Source of the DNA: a virus
Reading direction: 5' to 3' (one strand)
IMG/VR virus record: IMGVR_UViG_3300045988_118427
Length of the DNA: 57,006 bases
Shown in pieces: positions 42,801-50,210 of this stretch (position 1 is the stretch's first letter; each line of letters opens with the position of its first letter). A program made the translations under genes and the position numbers. Under the pieces are notes generated by a model. The model saw nothing but the letters and a program-made list of their open reading frames with translations. It was not told where the DNA came from and searched no databases.

Positions 42801-45028
42801 TGACAGACAAGGATTACTACGAGCGCGTCAATCGTGGTAAGGATTACCTAAACTTGGTATTCCCCGAACTGGCGGCACAAGGCGTGGACTTCGGCGGCTT
42901 CTTCGTTACCATGCGCGATGACGACAGCAGTGCTTACTCTAAGGCCCATGCGCTTGGTCGTGCCAGCGCGGTAGAGAACGTGTTGGGCAACACCGCTAAG
43001 GTGTGGGAGGCAGAGGTTAAGACTGCGTTTACCAACAATGAATTGTCGCAGTTCGCACTGATGGTAATGAGTATGCCGAACAAGCATTTCGTTATCGACC
43101 CAGTGTCCCCGCGTAATAATTTCGACGACCCCGACAATGTGTTGGACTGGGAAACCAGTCATAAGGGCGAGCAGGACAGTATCCTGATTTACATCAACGG
43201 CACACCAGTGCGCCTCGTGGCTAGGTCAAAGGCTGCGGCTAAGGCGTTGCGCCAAGAGCAACCACACGCGGCAGTGGCGAAGATTGGTAGTATCAACCAC
43301 TACTTCAACCAGTTCAAAACCTCGTTGAACCCTGCGTATCCAGTGTTCGGTCTCATGCGCGACATCATGACTGGCTACCTGAATATCAGCGGTGCAATCG
43401 GCGAACAATACGTTGACAGTAAGTCAGCCCCTGCGGTTGGTATGCGCTCCATCGGCTACGCGCTTAAATACCTGTTCTCGCCTGACAAGCACAACCTGTT
43501 CCTCGGTACGGCTCGCGGTCAGTACACTGACCCGTGGCAGTTGGCATATCAGCGTTTGGGTGCTGGTATGCAGTTCGGCGACAACCTTAACACCGATGCG
43601 TTTGCAACTAATGCCCTGACTGGTAGGTTGCCGCACCAAGCCGACCTGCTGCGTACCGGCGTGAGCAAAGTCCGTGGTATTACCTCCCGTGTAGCAGAGA
43701 CCATCGCCTACCCGCCAGAGACCGCTATGCGCCTAGGTGTGTTCCGTGCCTACGTCGAACACGTTTTCGGTCCACAGCCGAGCAACGTGACGGCAGAGCA
43801 GTTGGTTGACCTGTTCGACCAAGCCAAGAACCCAGTCAACGCAGACAAGGCTGCGGCGATTATCCTTGGCACGAAGAACCTGACCAGTAACTTCCAGCAA
43901 CACGGCGCGGATAACATGGTGCGCCATGTGTTCTCGTTCCACAACGCAGTCATGCAAGGTACGTTCTCTACCCTGCCGCAAATCCTCTCGACCAAGCATG
44001 GTCGCAACAGCATGGCACTGCTGGGTATCGGTCTGCTTATGGCTGCCGTAGCCAACGTAGGCGGCGAAGATGACGACGAGTTCGGCAACAGCAAGTATTA
44101 CCAAATCGCCAACCGCAACCGCACTGTCAAGCTGGGTGACGTACAAATCCCTATCCCTGACGAGATGGGTTGGTTCAAACTGCTGACTGACAACGCCGTC
44201 GGCGTGGCTATGGGTAAGCGCAACATTATCGACGCAGCAACCGAACAAGCAGGCGGTATGGTCGATATGACCACCGCACAGCACTGGGGCAACACTGATA
44301 ACGCCGTGGCAAATGCGATGTTCTTCGCCGCACCTGCGTTCGCACAACCCGCCGTGGCATTAACCACGGGCAAGGACATCTTCGGGCGCGACCTCAAGTC
44401 AGAGTACGCCTATGATGAGAACGGCAAGCGTATCCAGTTCGCCGCCGACGTGGAGCGCACCACCCACCGTGCGTCAAGCACAGGCACTGATATAGCCGAG
44501 ATGTTGTATGGTGCTACCGGCGGCGCGGTCGATATGACCGGCGACGAGATTGACGTGCTGGGTCAGGGGTATCTGGGCGGTCTGTACCGTTCCGTTACCC
44601 GTGGTATTGACGCGAGTGCAGACCGCGATATGGGAATCGGCGAGATTGTAGGAAGCGAGCTATTCCGCTCTACCAAGCCTATACATATCGACGGCGCGTC
44701 GGAAGAAGCGTGGAAGAATATGGGCGAGAAGCTGCACGTCAGCACACGCCACGCAGGTGGTACGCTAGACATTCTCAACGCCGACATCGACCCGTCCGTG
44801 ACGGAAGCGCAGCGGATTTACGCAGCGGCGGATAAGAAAATGCGAGCAGCGAAGAGCGACATGGGCTACTCTTACAAGCAGTTGAATGATATGATTAGGC
44901 AAGCCGAAGCTGAGGGACGTTACCAAGACGTTCGGGATTATCGTGCCGATATGCGTACTATCCGTACCAACAAGGCGGCGATTCGGGAAGAAGCGACTAC
45001 CGAGCTTAACCTGCTCGGCATTAAATAG
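36890..45028 (+). CDS. 2712-aa polyvalent virion protein (ART-like domain + zincin metallopeptidase + large uncharacterised regions)
   Basis: Single uninterrupted ORF. Q/A coiled-coil N-terminus, G/A-rich region and QPQAQ/TPTP linkers. Domain motifs are listed as separate features. Confidence 0.85.
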   Translation: MPYNTGALSYLDNLAAMTQQAALDNEAARQQLALEQQQSQARIAEAQKAMEDALAQQQAAYVAQQQQAQQQQAAADTAAMSTGNKWADEFIASADKFNYGTHGIDPNGATLWNRKVLDNWLDAKAKEENWNALQKDQIKKQVKDAVVKASTNKNLFDVEERGFWGAVGDIGNSLADGAIGGLADLASTLNIAAYEGAKRMDKAGYTDALGNINPVYALEKAWEFTGLGDGKLNWDKQIDDAVVAARAAWGDLKSDYSKDAARARAEASGVAETLLALGDKPTTAFDELASALGVVVGAKGLNLVGKGVAAVGKGVVRGTAKAASKATFGLADDVLRASGTQLGRATGVLKPVAERLNPSLLARSAAIEGSGNAMDVLRQEGAYNADTAQYTDDALATAAATGLLTGGITYLGGRLFNTVEGTAARALGGRAAAGNTTLGQTLLSGSGITIEQALRTVADDIAAGAASKATRDVLGEATEYLMSRTAQLVPKSGRLSAVFNGTKQLTSGMLGEGLEEGLIGMISSAATQGLGKDGTFNTNNIDIKEVMRAGANAATLGATLGVVSGSVEAAGKYRENRANVDRILRDNEQADANLQEARQLWYDLENPAGVAQPQAQPQAQPTGDPLQQAQAQAQAQQPTAPLALPSPTPTLAIPSNIDPRLPDDVYREMALQAYKERVAQADAARADREMAAEVDATKQRAMGDRLADYAKTEQAKVALNEVLTPEQRAERATAGFRFADDVLNRSDIHVPQGVRATIELLGQLERAQDLIKSGTLDKATEQSLIDSASQLLRYATRQGRLEAARTWVDKNLLKIKTPTPTPAQPAPTDGTTKAVSNTRSTKTVLENNGISGAAAKDVMRLMKDVRSPRVRVEVNNYIEALTSDEPTDVGYYRGQADYALNLMYLKQWDDWSTADANAQQLLDDLEATLTDGIEARAATKEAASQEGAAAEAKKLQLTLFDEVTPDDTQAVHDTARAMQKHGAPTAVMDFPDGWQDDPRFLRMVDRYELKTGKPFPRNQLGEDYQQALAAGRTELNEQQWYQVRSPQFKAWFGDWETDPANASKVINPRTGEPLVVYHGTAGKFEAFDRGARAVSGSATNDGFFFSDSPDVAGSYASVDSNYAPQPMVRGRIYDIDDNLTHDLGLFDSNDALYEQLREREAAGEYVDWDGVVTNTEYPQVPLSARNIIPAFLNIRQPKVTDFGGLPWNALPAAQGGYITTDVLAREAQRSADGAVFTNVRDSHVQSDTQVSTVYVAYDANQIKSAVDNSGEFSASDARFRHQRGTHTEWDAMSDAEKHLAIEQQTIARGTNALRNTFGDEIARNVVWVSPRSQSLHNRNSRAYVLDGDPNTIYVVAHPHMTNQQFVYAVAHEMLHQGVDVNLRGKVLRGADYTQHMTKLAENPFVQALVSRIGERYGNIDTQSMVEEALAEIHAARTTKDGWNTLRNEWGLDMEIPAALRSTNSSSLVSRIVSYLKQVVSRLTGKYRKASDSAVADFLKVVTARRPNDTAGIRTPDQVNAYRQRMSFEAAQARSDYYHNQARGIYPDFDSLDATAKAQVLSQLATGDDQAQTELGLQIRNSLLPVNDPWKDPKWRAQQQAADHAKKVAAAQQAANQVPPSGNQQAQADYVRRTVRQIRIYPSRANTSYYNAADLDAYVGIISQVRKGDAYFIRVEMNDDATGAKGIIYEEPTTTDIDLDMHKAWEALVQQYPNAHYERREGSTYSTEANRALTPEELVVLNRAQQMGLSSPSLRRWTNWLRNKLPANYVPILDKFLDVVEMARTHWVSIYTPFIAVEQMYAAATGKQTNIITRLLRDKSEAGAFLHRNFNSTNPKQQSLRDRTERLRQTIIDSGISQEKVNRILHGLEERVRSDVLLNSDESLGHWQEVNGNRVLFDPATGRPRYTVTGYRFQDLDTTDPNAGAYDLRGIRLAQALANLTVEERNKIGSIVAEVAETNRIVNKLKHERGVLTDKDYYERVNRGKDYLNLVFPELAAQGVDFGGFFVTMRDDDSSAYSKAHALGRASAVENVLGNTAKVWEAEVKTAFTNNELSQFALMVMSMPNKHFVIDPVSPRNNFDDPDNVLDWETSHKGEQDSILIYINGTPVRLVARSKAAAKALRQEQPHAAVAKIGSINHYFNQFKTSLNPAYPVFGLMRDIMTGYLNISGAIGEQYVDSKSAPAVGMRSIGYALKYLFSPDKHNLFLGTARGQYTDPWQLAYQRLGAGMQFGDNLNTDAFATNALTGRLPHQADLLRTGVSKVRGITSRVAETIAYPPETAMRLGVFRAYVEHVFGPQPSNVTAEQLVDLFDQAKNPVNADKAAAIILGTKNLTSNFQQHGADNMVRHVFSFHNAVMQGTFSTLPQILSTKHGRNSMALLGIGLLMAAVANVGGEDDDEFGNSKYYQIANRNRTVKLGDVQIPIPDEMGWFKLLTDNAVGVAMGKRNIIDAATEQAGGMVDMTTAQHWGNTDNAVANAMFFAAPAFAQPAVALTTGKDIFGRDLKSEYAYDENGKRIQFAADVERTTHRASSTGTDIAEMLYGATGGAVDMTGDEIDVLGQGYLGGLYRSVTRGIDASADRDMGIGEIVGSELFRSTKPIHIDGASEEAWKNMGEKLHVSTRHAGGTLDILNADIDPSVTEAQRIYAAADKKMRAAKSDMGYSYKQLNDMIRQAEAEGRYQDVRDYRADMRTIRTNKAAIREEATTELNLLGIK
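40007..40741 (+). other. ADP-ribosyltransferase-like domain of polyvalent proteins (ART-PolyVal type)
   Basis: WYQVRSPQFKAWFGDW...GEPLVVYHGTAGKFEAFD...NDGFFFSDSPDVAGSYA...IPAFLNIRQP...ADGAVFTNV...YDANQIKSAVDNSGEFSASDARFR. Confidence 0.65.
40790..41210 (+). other. zincin metallopeptidase domain (HEXXH; MPTase-PolyVal type), approximate bounds
   Basis: VYAVAHEMLHQGVD, with HEMLH at 41000..41014. Confidence 0.6.
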
Positions 45029-45037
45029 GAGCATGAT

Positions 45038-45271
45038 ATGGAACAAGTCAAGTGGTACAAACGCTTGCTTTGCGGGTTCAACCCCATAGGCGATTTCGCC
45101 GATTTTGTATGTCGTGGTACTGAGATGCAATACGACCTGACTAAGGCAGACATCAAGAACAAGACAGTCAGTGTGCGGTGTTGGTGCTGCACGTTCTGGC
45201 GCGGTGTCGTTATCGGCGCAGTGGCAACAGGCTTAGTAGCAGTGGTGGTATATGCAACGTTCCATTCGTGA
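45038..45271 (+). CDS. small membrane protein (C-terminal TM)
   Basis: 77 aa. RCWCCTFWRGVVIGAVATGLVAVVVYA. Confidence 0.5.
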   Translation: MEQVKWYKRLLCGFNPIGDFADFVCRGTEMQYDLTKADIKNKTVSVRCWCCTFWRGVVIGAVATGLVAVVVYATFHS

Positions 45272-45713
45272 GAAGTGTACCTGCCGACCCGTTACCGATA
45301 CGTCAAGCTGGGTGTTCTTTACACCTACCCGCGCGGTGGAATTGGTCAATACCATGTTTCTGTTATCCGCTTGTGCTGCGCTTAGTAAGGTTGAATACTC
45401 GATTGTCAAGTTACCGATAGTATATAATGCTGGAACGCTGAATCTTGATGCCTTGCTCTATGCGCTCGCCAGCCTCTCTGTGTTGCAGGCGGTAGGGTTA
45501 TTCTGCGACGGGGAATGTAAATACCGTTGGGTGTCGGCTTTGGTACTGATGGTCTCGTCTGCGTTTTGGGCGTGGCTTGCCATCATCACATATTACAGCG
45601 CGGCGTGGCTTACCAGTATCGGCGTACACAGACAGGTGTTGTACGCATACATTATCATGTGCGTGATTTGCTGGCTCGCCGCCGATTATATTAGGCAGGA
45701 CATTGCGGAATAG
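45252..45713 (+). CDS. multi-pass membrane protein (holin/antiholin candidate); start uncertain (alternative ATG 45354)
   Basis: 3-4 TM segments. Confidence 0.45.
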   Translation: MQRSIREKCTCRPVTDTSSWVFFTPTRAVELVNTMFLLSACAALSKVEYSIVKLPIVYNAGTLNLDALLYALASLSVLQAVGLFCDGECKYRWVSALVLMVSSAFWAWLAIITYYSAAWLTSIGVHRQVLYAYIIMCVICWLAADYIRQDIAE

Positions 45714-45737
45714 CCTGTACGCGTAAGGGGACGCAGT

Positions 45738-46046
45738 ATGAAAGATTTGCTGACCTCGCTGAACTTGGCTATCTTAGGGGGGTTGGTTGGTGGTCTGCGT
45801 ACTGCGGCAAAGTCACAAGACTGGTGGTTTCTACGACTTACCGATGTGCTTATAGGGGCGATGGCTGCTGCCAGTGCCAGTGCCTATGTGCCTGCTGATG
45901 CCCCCTTGAGTGCCTTGATTATCGGGGTGGTCGTTGGACGGTCGGCGGGGTACGCCGTTGACGTGGTTTACAGTCTAGTACCCCAATTAGTTCCGATGTT
46001 GATTCAGTTTTTACAAACACTCCAAAATACGAAAGGAAACAAATGA
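45738..46046 (+). CDS. holin candidate
   Basis: 102 aa, 2-3 TM segments. Lies immediately upstream of the endolysin and overlaps it. Confidence 0.55.
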   Translation: MKDLLTSLNLAILGGLVGGLRTAAKSQDWWFLRLTDVLIGAMAAASASAYVPADAPLSALIIGVVVGRSAGYAVDVVYSLVPQLVPMLIQFLQTLQNTKGNK

Positions 46047-46528
46047 CTGGTTTCACTCTAGGAAAAACGTCGCTCGCCAAGCTGGAGGGCGTACACCCCA
46101 ACATGGTAAAGGTGGTAGAACTCGCCATCACATATACCACGCAAGATTTCAGTGTACATGAGGGTCTGCGTACCAAGACACGTCAGGCGTACTTGGTTAA
46201 GACCGGCGCGAGCCGTACCATGAACAGCAAGCATATCAAGCAATCAGATGGTTACGGTCACGCGGTTGACCTGTTGCCGTGGGGCGACTTCGACGGTAAC
46301 GGCACGAAAGAGGTATCGTTCCACTGGGGTCACTTCTATGCCATCGCCGAAGCGATGCGTAAGGCGGCTAAGGAACTTGGTATCCGTGTGCGTTGGGGTG
46401 GCTGCTGGTGTGCGTTGAACGATACGACCGCACCTGCTACCAAGTTGGTGGAGAACTATGTGGCTGCGCGTAAGCGTCAAGGCAAGTCGGCGTTCATCGA
46501 CGGTCCGCATTTCGAGTTAGAGGGTTGA
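46043..46528 (+). CDS. endolysin, peptidase M15 (T5-type L-alanyl-D-glutamate peptidase)
   Basis: FTLGKTSLAKLEGVHP, DFSVHEGLRT, SKH, HAVDLLPW, ELGIRVRWGG and DGPHFE align by eye with T5 Lys. Confidence 0.85.
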   Translation: MTGFTLGKTSLAKLEGVHPNMVKVVELAITYTTQDFSVHEGLRTKTRQAYLVKTGASRTMNSKHIKQSDGYGHAVDLLPWGDFDGNGTKEVSFHWGHFYAIAEAMRKAAKELGIRVRWGGCWCALNDTTAPATKLVENYVAARKRQGKSAFIDGPHFELEG

Positions 46529-46529
46529 T

Positions 46530-46769
46530 ATGAAAAACCTTACGTTGGTGCGCGGTGCGCGTTACTGGTATAGAATGTGGTCTGTTTGGGTTATGGTCTT
46601 GCTGGGTCTGTATCCGTACCTCGTTGAGAATCAATCCATGCTGGGCGAGTACGTCCCTGAGAAATACCGCCCATTATTCGGGCTGCTGTTGTGCGTGTTG
46701 GGTGTGTTTACCCGTCTGGTACAGCAGCAGCGACTTACGGATACTGTAAATAGTGAGGAGCAATCATGA
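46530..46769 (+). CDS. small two-TM membrane protein (lysis accessory candidate)
   Basis: 79 aa. Confidence 0.45.
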   Translation: MKNLTLVRGARYWYRMWSVWVMVLLGLYPYLVENQSMLGEYVPEKYRPLFGLLLCVLGVFTRLVQQQRLTDTVNSEEQS

Positions 46770-47389
46770 GTTGTGGACCTGATACCACTGTCCTGCGCCT
46801 TATCGTGCAGGACGTAGTGACCCAACTACTCAAAGATGGTACTCTGCAAGGCGGGCTGCTGGACTGTAACGACAAGCCCATGCCGGCGCAGCGTAAGATT
46901 CCCCAGTGTGCGGAGATTACCGACACCACCGTCACTAAGTTCGTGCGCGAGGGCAACAAGTTGAAGCTCACGCTGTCGGACAAGACGGAGTTGGCTGTCG
47001 ATTTGCCAGAAGTACCTAAACCCAAGCTGCCTAAAGTCGCTGCGGAGCATTATCATGCTACCGCTTTGTTGATTTTCGAGACCAACGATTGTGGGACGGC
47101 GAAGCAGGCGGCAGTGGGCTACCACCCTAACGACGTGCGAGACCCTGCGGCTAACGTGCCTTATTTCGACAAGGACGGCTCTATCTTGGCGTGGCTGTAT
47201 CCTGCGGCGACTTCCGAGCATAGTGTGCCTGTGTATCGTGAGGGTGCGGTTGTGGGCTACGGCATCGGAGCAGGGGTAGTAACGTATCTGTCGTACACCA
47301 CCAACGAAACAGAGGGTACTAACCAAGACGGTGGTACTGGCTGTGAGTGTCCTAAGCTGATTAGCTTGGGCAACAAAGAAATTAACTAG
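46766..47389 (+). CDS. tail fibre-associated protein
   Basis: 207 aa. Carries one copy of the fibre beta-repeat (NKLKLTLSDKTELAVDLPEV). Ends GGTGCECPKLISLGNKEIN. Confidence 0.5.
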   Translation: MSCGPDTTVLRLIVQDVVTQLLKDGTLQGGLLDCNDKPMPAQRKIPQCAEITDTTVTKFVREGNKLKLTLSDKTELAVDLPEVPKPKLPKVAAEHYHATALLIFETNDCGTAKQAAVGYHPNDVRDPAANVPYFDKDGSILAWLYPAATSEHSVPVYREGAVVGYGIGAGVVTYLSYTTNETEGTNQDGGTGCECPKLISLGNKEIN

Positions 47390-47398
47390 GAGGCAATT

Positions 47399-49768
47399 AT
47401 GGGATACCATCGAAATTTTGGTTGCAACACCGGCTGTTGCGACGACAAAGAAGCATTGGCATCTGTTACCCGTACCGGTACAGTGCTTAACTTCGCCGAC
47501 ACCAGCGGCAAACAAACCACTATTGACCTGTCAGAGATTCTGCCAGACCCGAACCGCTTGGTCTCTGCCGAACGTTCAGGTACTAAACTGAACTTCACTG
47601 ACAACAAAGGCAATATCACTACGCTCGACTTGGCTGACCTGATTCCGTCTTTTGACGGTGTGACCGATGTGGCTGCTACCACTTTGGGCATCCGCGTTAC
47701 CATGAGTAACGGTAAGACTAAAGACATCGACTTGTCCAAACTGTACACCGCGCCCGTAGCGCTCAATGGCGTGTCACGCAGTGGTACTACCTTGACGTTC
47801 ACTGATACCAACGGTGGTCAACACACTGTCGAGCTTGAAGCCGCGCCGGAAGTTCCTGTTGCGTACAAAGACGCACGACTAGCCGGTTCTATCCTGACGT
47901 TCACTGACACCGCGGGCAACACGCATGACGTGGACTTGTCCAATTTAGTGCCTGCCGGTAAAGCAGACCGCTTCTTGTCCAACGTGCAGTACGACCCTGC
48001 GGCTAAGAAACTGACGTTCACTACCTCCGCCACCGGCGAAGCCGACTCAACGTTCGAGGTAAACATCGCCGACCTGCTGCCTGTAACCGTAGGCGACGGT
48101 TTGACCGGCAACGGTACGGCAAGCTCTCCGGTTAAAGTAAACGCCGAGGCTCTTAAAGGCAGTGGTATCAAAGTGGTCGATAACAAGTTCACTGTCGATT
48201 ACGATACCACAACAATGGAGATGACTGAGGACGGCAAGCTCCGTGCCAAACAGCAACCCGCGCAAGCAGGCGGTTTGGACTGCGCCGCAATCGCCGCATT
48301 GCCTAAAGCAGCGTGGAAACCTGAAACGTCTATCCTCGTGAACCAAGACGGCGAGTGCAAACGCCTTGTGCCAGTACAAAACTTGTTCCAAGAAGTCGGT
48401 GTGTCGATGGCGGCGAATAAGCTATCTGGTGTAGTTGGAGACGCTTACGATGTGGTTGTGACTGTTACCAACTCGGCTGAAGCCGTAAACGACTTGACTG
48501 ATTTGGTCATTACCAAACCACAGCTAGGTAATTACACACTTAAAGACTTCAACTCATTTGCATCTGCTGGTGCAGAAATAGAGAAAGTCTCCGACCTCGT
48601 TTATAAGATTAAGAAACTTAAATCTGGCGGGACGGCAAGAGTGACGTTTAAAGTCGTTGCGAACGCGACTGGCGCATTACAGTTTGGCGCATCCGTAAAT
48701 CCAAACACATCGCTTGATTTACAGGATAATAACAACCAAGCATCTCTCACATTATCCTCTACTTTGCCCGTCACAGCAGATGACCCAACATATAAACCAT
48801 CTGTTGACTGCCCTCTTGTGCGCGTCACTGAAGTAGGGTCAAATAAAGTCCTATTCACAGGTTTACCTAGCACTGTTAGTAGTGGTGGCGCGTTCGTGGA
48901 CCGCTTTAACATATCGCACCGACCACTGACCAATTTGCAGTTAAAGCTGGAAAACGTAGATGACGTGAAGTTGCTCACTACATATGAGGTATTTAGCCCT
49001 AGTATGCTTACTACTAGTTTGAATATGGCGTTAATGCACAACTACAAATGGGATGTTGGGTTAACATCTGCCATGCGTACTACTGACGCTCTTGAGAAGG
49101 CCAATGTTCTCGACGGAAGAAATGGTAATACCAGCTTTACCTTTGATAAGGCTACGCAGTTATTCACATACACCGGTAAATCTAAAGCCCTTTGTGTGTT
49201 AATGCGCCCCGCAGGTGCGTCTTGTCGTTGGCAAGTATGTGTTATCCTTCAAGTAAGCCCGCATACAGAAGTACCAGAGACTGAATGTAGTCTTTCGGTA
49301 GCGGAAAGTGACGGGGTAAAGGTTACGTCACGCACCAAAACTGTTAAAGTGAAATATACGTCAGACGGAAGACCATACAAAGACGTAGATACATATGAAG
49401 TAAAAACTAACGCTACAAATTATTCGAGTTTAGTTGGCGGTAACATCGTAGAAATAGGAACTGGTGCTAACGGTAAAATTGAGTTCTACCAAAATGCAGT
49501 AGCTACATCCAGCAGGTTCACGACGGAGGGTTATAAAACTGACATTGCGACTACGCCTGTCAATGCCAACCTTGTTGAAAAGGTAGAGATTACAGCAGGT
49601 GCCAAACGGACGTTCACGGTAACGTCTTGTACTGATGCAGTAGAAAAACAAGATGGTAAAATATCTTATGTAAAAATTGGTACACGACCTTTTGTTGTTA
49701 CTGTAAGTGCAGATGCTACACCATCGAACAGCTTTACCATAGACGGCGTGCCATTCAACATTGTTTAA
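47399..49768 (+). CDS. tail fibre / receptor-binding protein
   Basis: 789 aa. N-terminal GCNTGCCDD, six tandem beta-repeats and a low-GC C-terminal two-thirds. Confidence 0.65.
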   Translation: MGYHRNFGCNTGCCDDKEALASVTRTGTVLNFADTSGKQTTIDLSEILPDPNRLVSAERSGTKLNFTDNKGNITTLDLADLIPSFDGVTDVAATTLGIRVTMSNGKTKDIDLSKLYTAPVALNGVSRSGTTLTFTDTNGGQHTVELEAAPEVPVAYKDARLAGSILTFTDTAGNTHDVDLSNLVPAGKADRFLSNVQYDPAAKKLTFTTSATGEADSTFEVNIADLLPVTVGDGLTGNGTASSPVKVNAEALKGSGIKVVDNKFTVDYDTTTMEMTEDGKLRAKQQPAQAGGLDCAAIAALPKAAWKPETSILVNQDGECKRLVPVQNLFQEVGVSMAANKLSGVVGDAYDVVVTVTNSAEAVNDLTDLVITKPQLGNYTLKDFNSFASAGAEIEKVSDLVYKIKKLKSGGTARVTFKVVANATGALQFGASVNPNTSLDLQDNNNQASLTLSSTLPVTADDPTYKPSVDCPLVRVTEVGSNKVLFTGLPSTVSSGGAFVDRFNISHRPLTNLQLKLENVDDVKLLTTYEVFSPSMLTTSLNMALMHNYKWDVGLTSAMRTTDALEKANVLDGRNGNTSFTFDKATQLFTYTGKSKALCVLMRPAGASCRWQVCVILQVSPHTEVPETECSLSVAESDGVKVTSRTKTVKVKYTSDGRPYKDVDTYEVKTNATNYSSLVGGNIVEIGTGANGKIEFYQNAVATSSRFTTEGYKTDIATTPVNANLVEKVEITAGAKRTFTVTSCTDAVEKQDGKISYVKIGTRPFVVTVSADATPSNSFTIDGVPFNIV
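47465..48082 (+). repeat. six tandem ~29-40-aa repeats, consensus G(T/S)xLxFTDxxGxxxxxDLSxLxP
   Basis: Read from the translation, residues 23-228. Confidence 0.8.
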
Positions 49769-49778
49769 AGGTGTTAAT

Positions 49779-50168
49779 ATGAAACAAGTAGTATTCATCA
49801 ACGGTTATGAAACAGTAATCGAAACCCCAGACGGACAAGTGCTTTCCCCTGTCAAGGCGCAAGGCGACCAGAGCAACTACGAAATCGAGTACGGTAATGG
49901 TCTCAAAGAAGTAGGCGGCGTTGTCGAGGTACAAGCTACTTCGGTAAGAGACGGTGTGATTGAGGGTGTGCAACGTGTAGAGTTACCATTCGCAAGAACA
50001 CTGGACTTCCAAGTTACAGCAATCAACGTCTCTGCTTCCCCTGCCGTACTGACAGGCGAGTTCGCATTTGCCCGACTGGACGATAAGGTCTTGGTGGTCT
50101 ATGGTACTGCCAACAGTAACGAAGCCAAAGCTATCCAAGTGAAGTGGACTGCCAAAGGTATCGTTTAA
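49779..50168 (+). CDS. tail fibre accessory/tip protein (putative)
   Basis: Start at ATG 49779 (MKQVVFING) with an AAAGGTG SD. 129 aa. Confidence 0.45.
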   Translation: MKQVVFINGYETVIETPDGQVLSPVKAQGDQSNYEIEYGNGLKEVGGVVEVQATSVRDGVIEGVQRVELPFARTLDFQVTAINVSASPAVLTGEFAFARLDDKVLVVYGTANSNEAKAIQVKWTAKGIV

Positions 50169-50176
50169 CGAGATAC

Positions 50177-50198
50177 GCCCACCTATTGCTAGGTGGGC
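50177..50198 (+). other. 9-bp stem-loop GCCCACCTA-TTGC-TAGGTGGGC without U-tract
   Basis: Intergenic. Possible RNA stabiliser or weak terminator. Confidence 0.4.
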
Positions 50199-50210
50199 AT
50201 AGGAGTAACT

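Noticed and set aside
36890-45028. Giant ORF as a virion RNA polymerase (N4-like)
   Set aside because: The motifs I recognise are ART-like and HEXXH peptidase. I saw no polymerase palm motifs. This cannot be fully excluded for the unassigned ~1300 C-terminal residues without profile searches.
47399-49768. Diversity-generating retroelement targeting the fibre
   Set aside because: I recognised no reverse transcriptase gene and noticed no template-repeat copy of the fibre 3' end.
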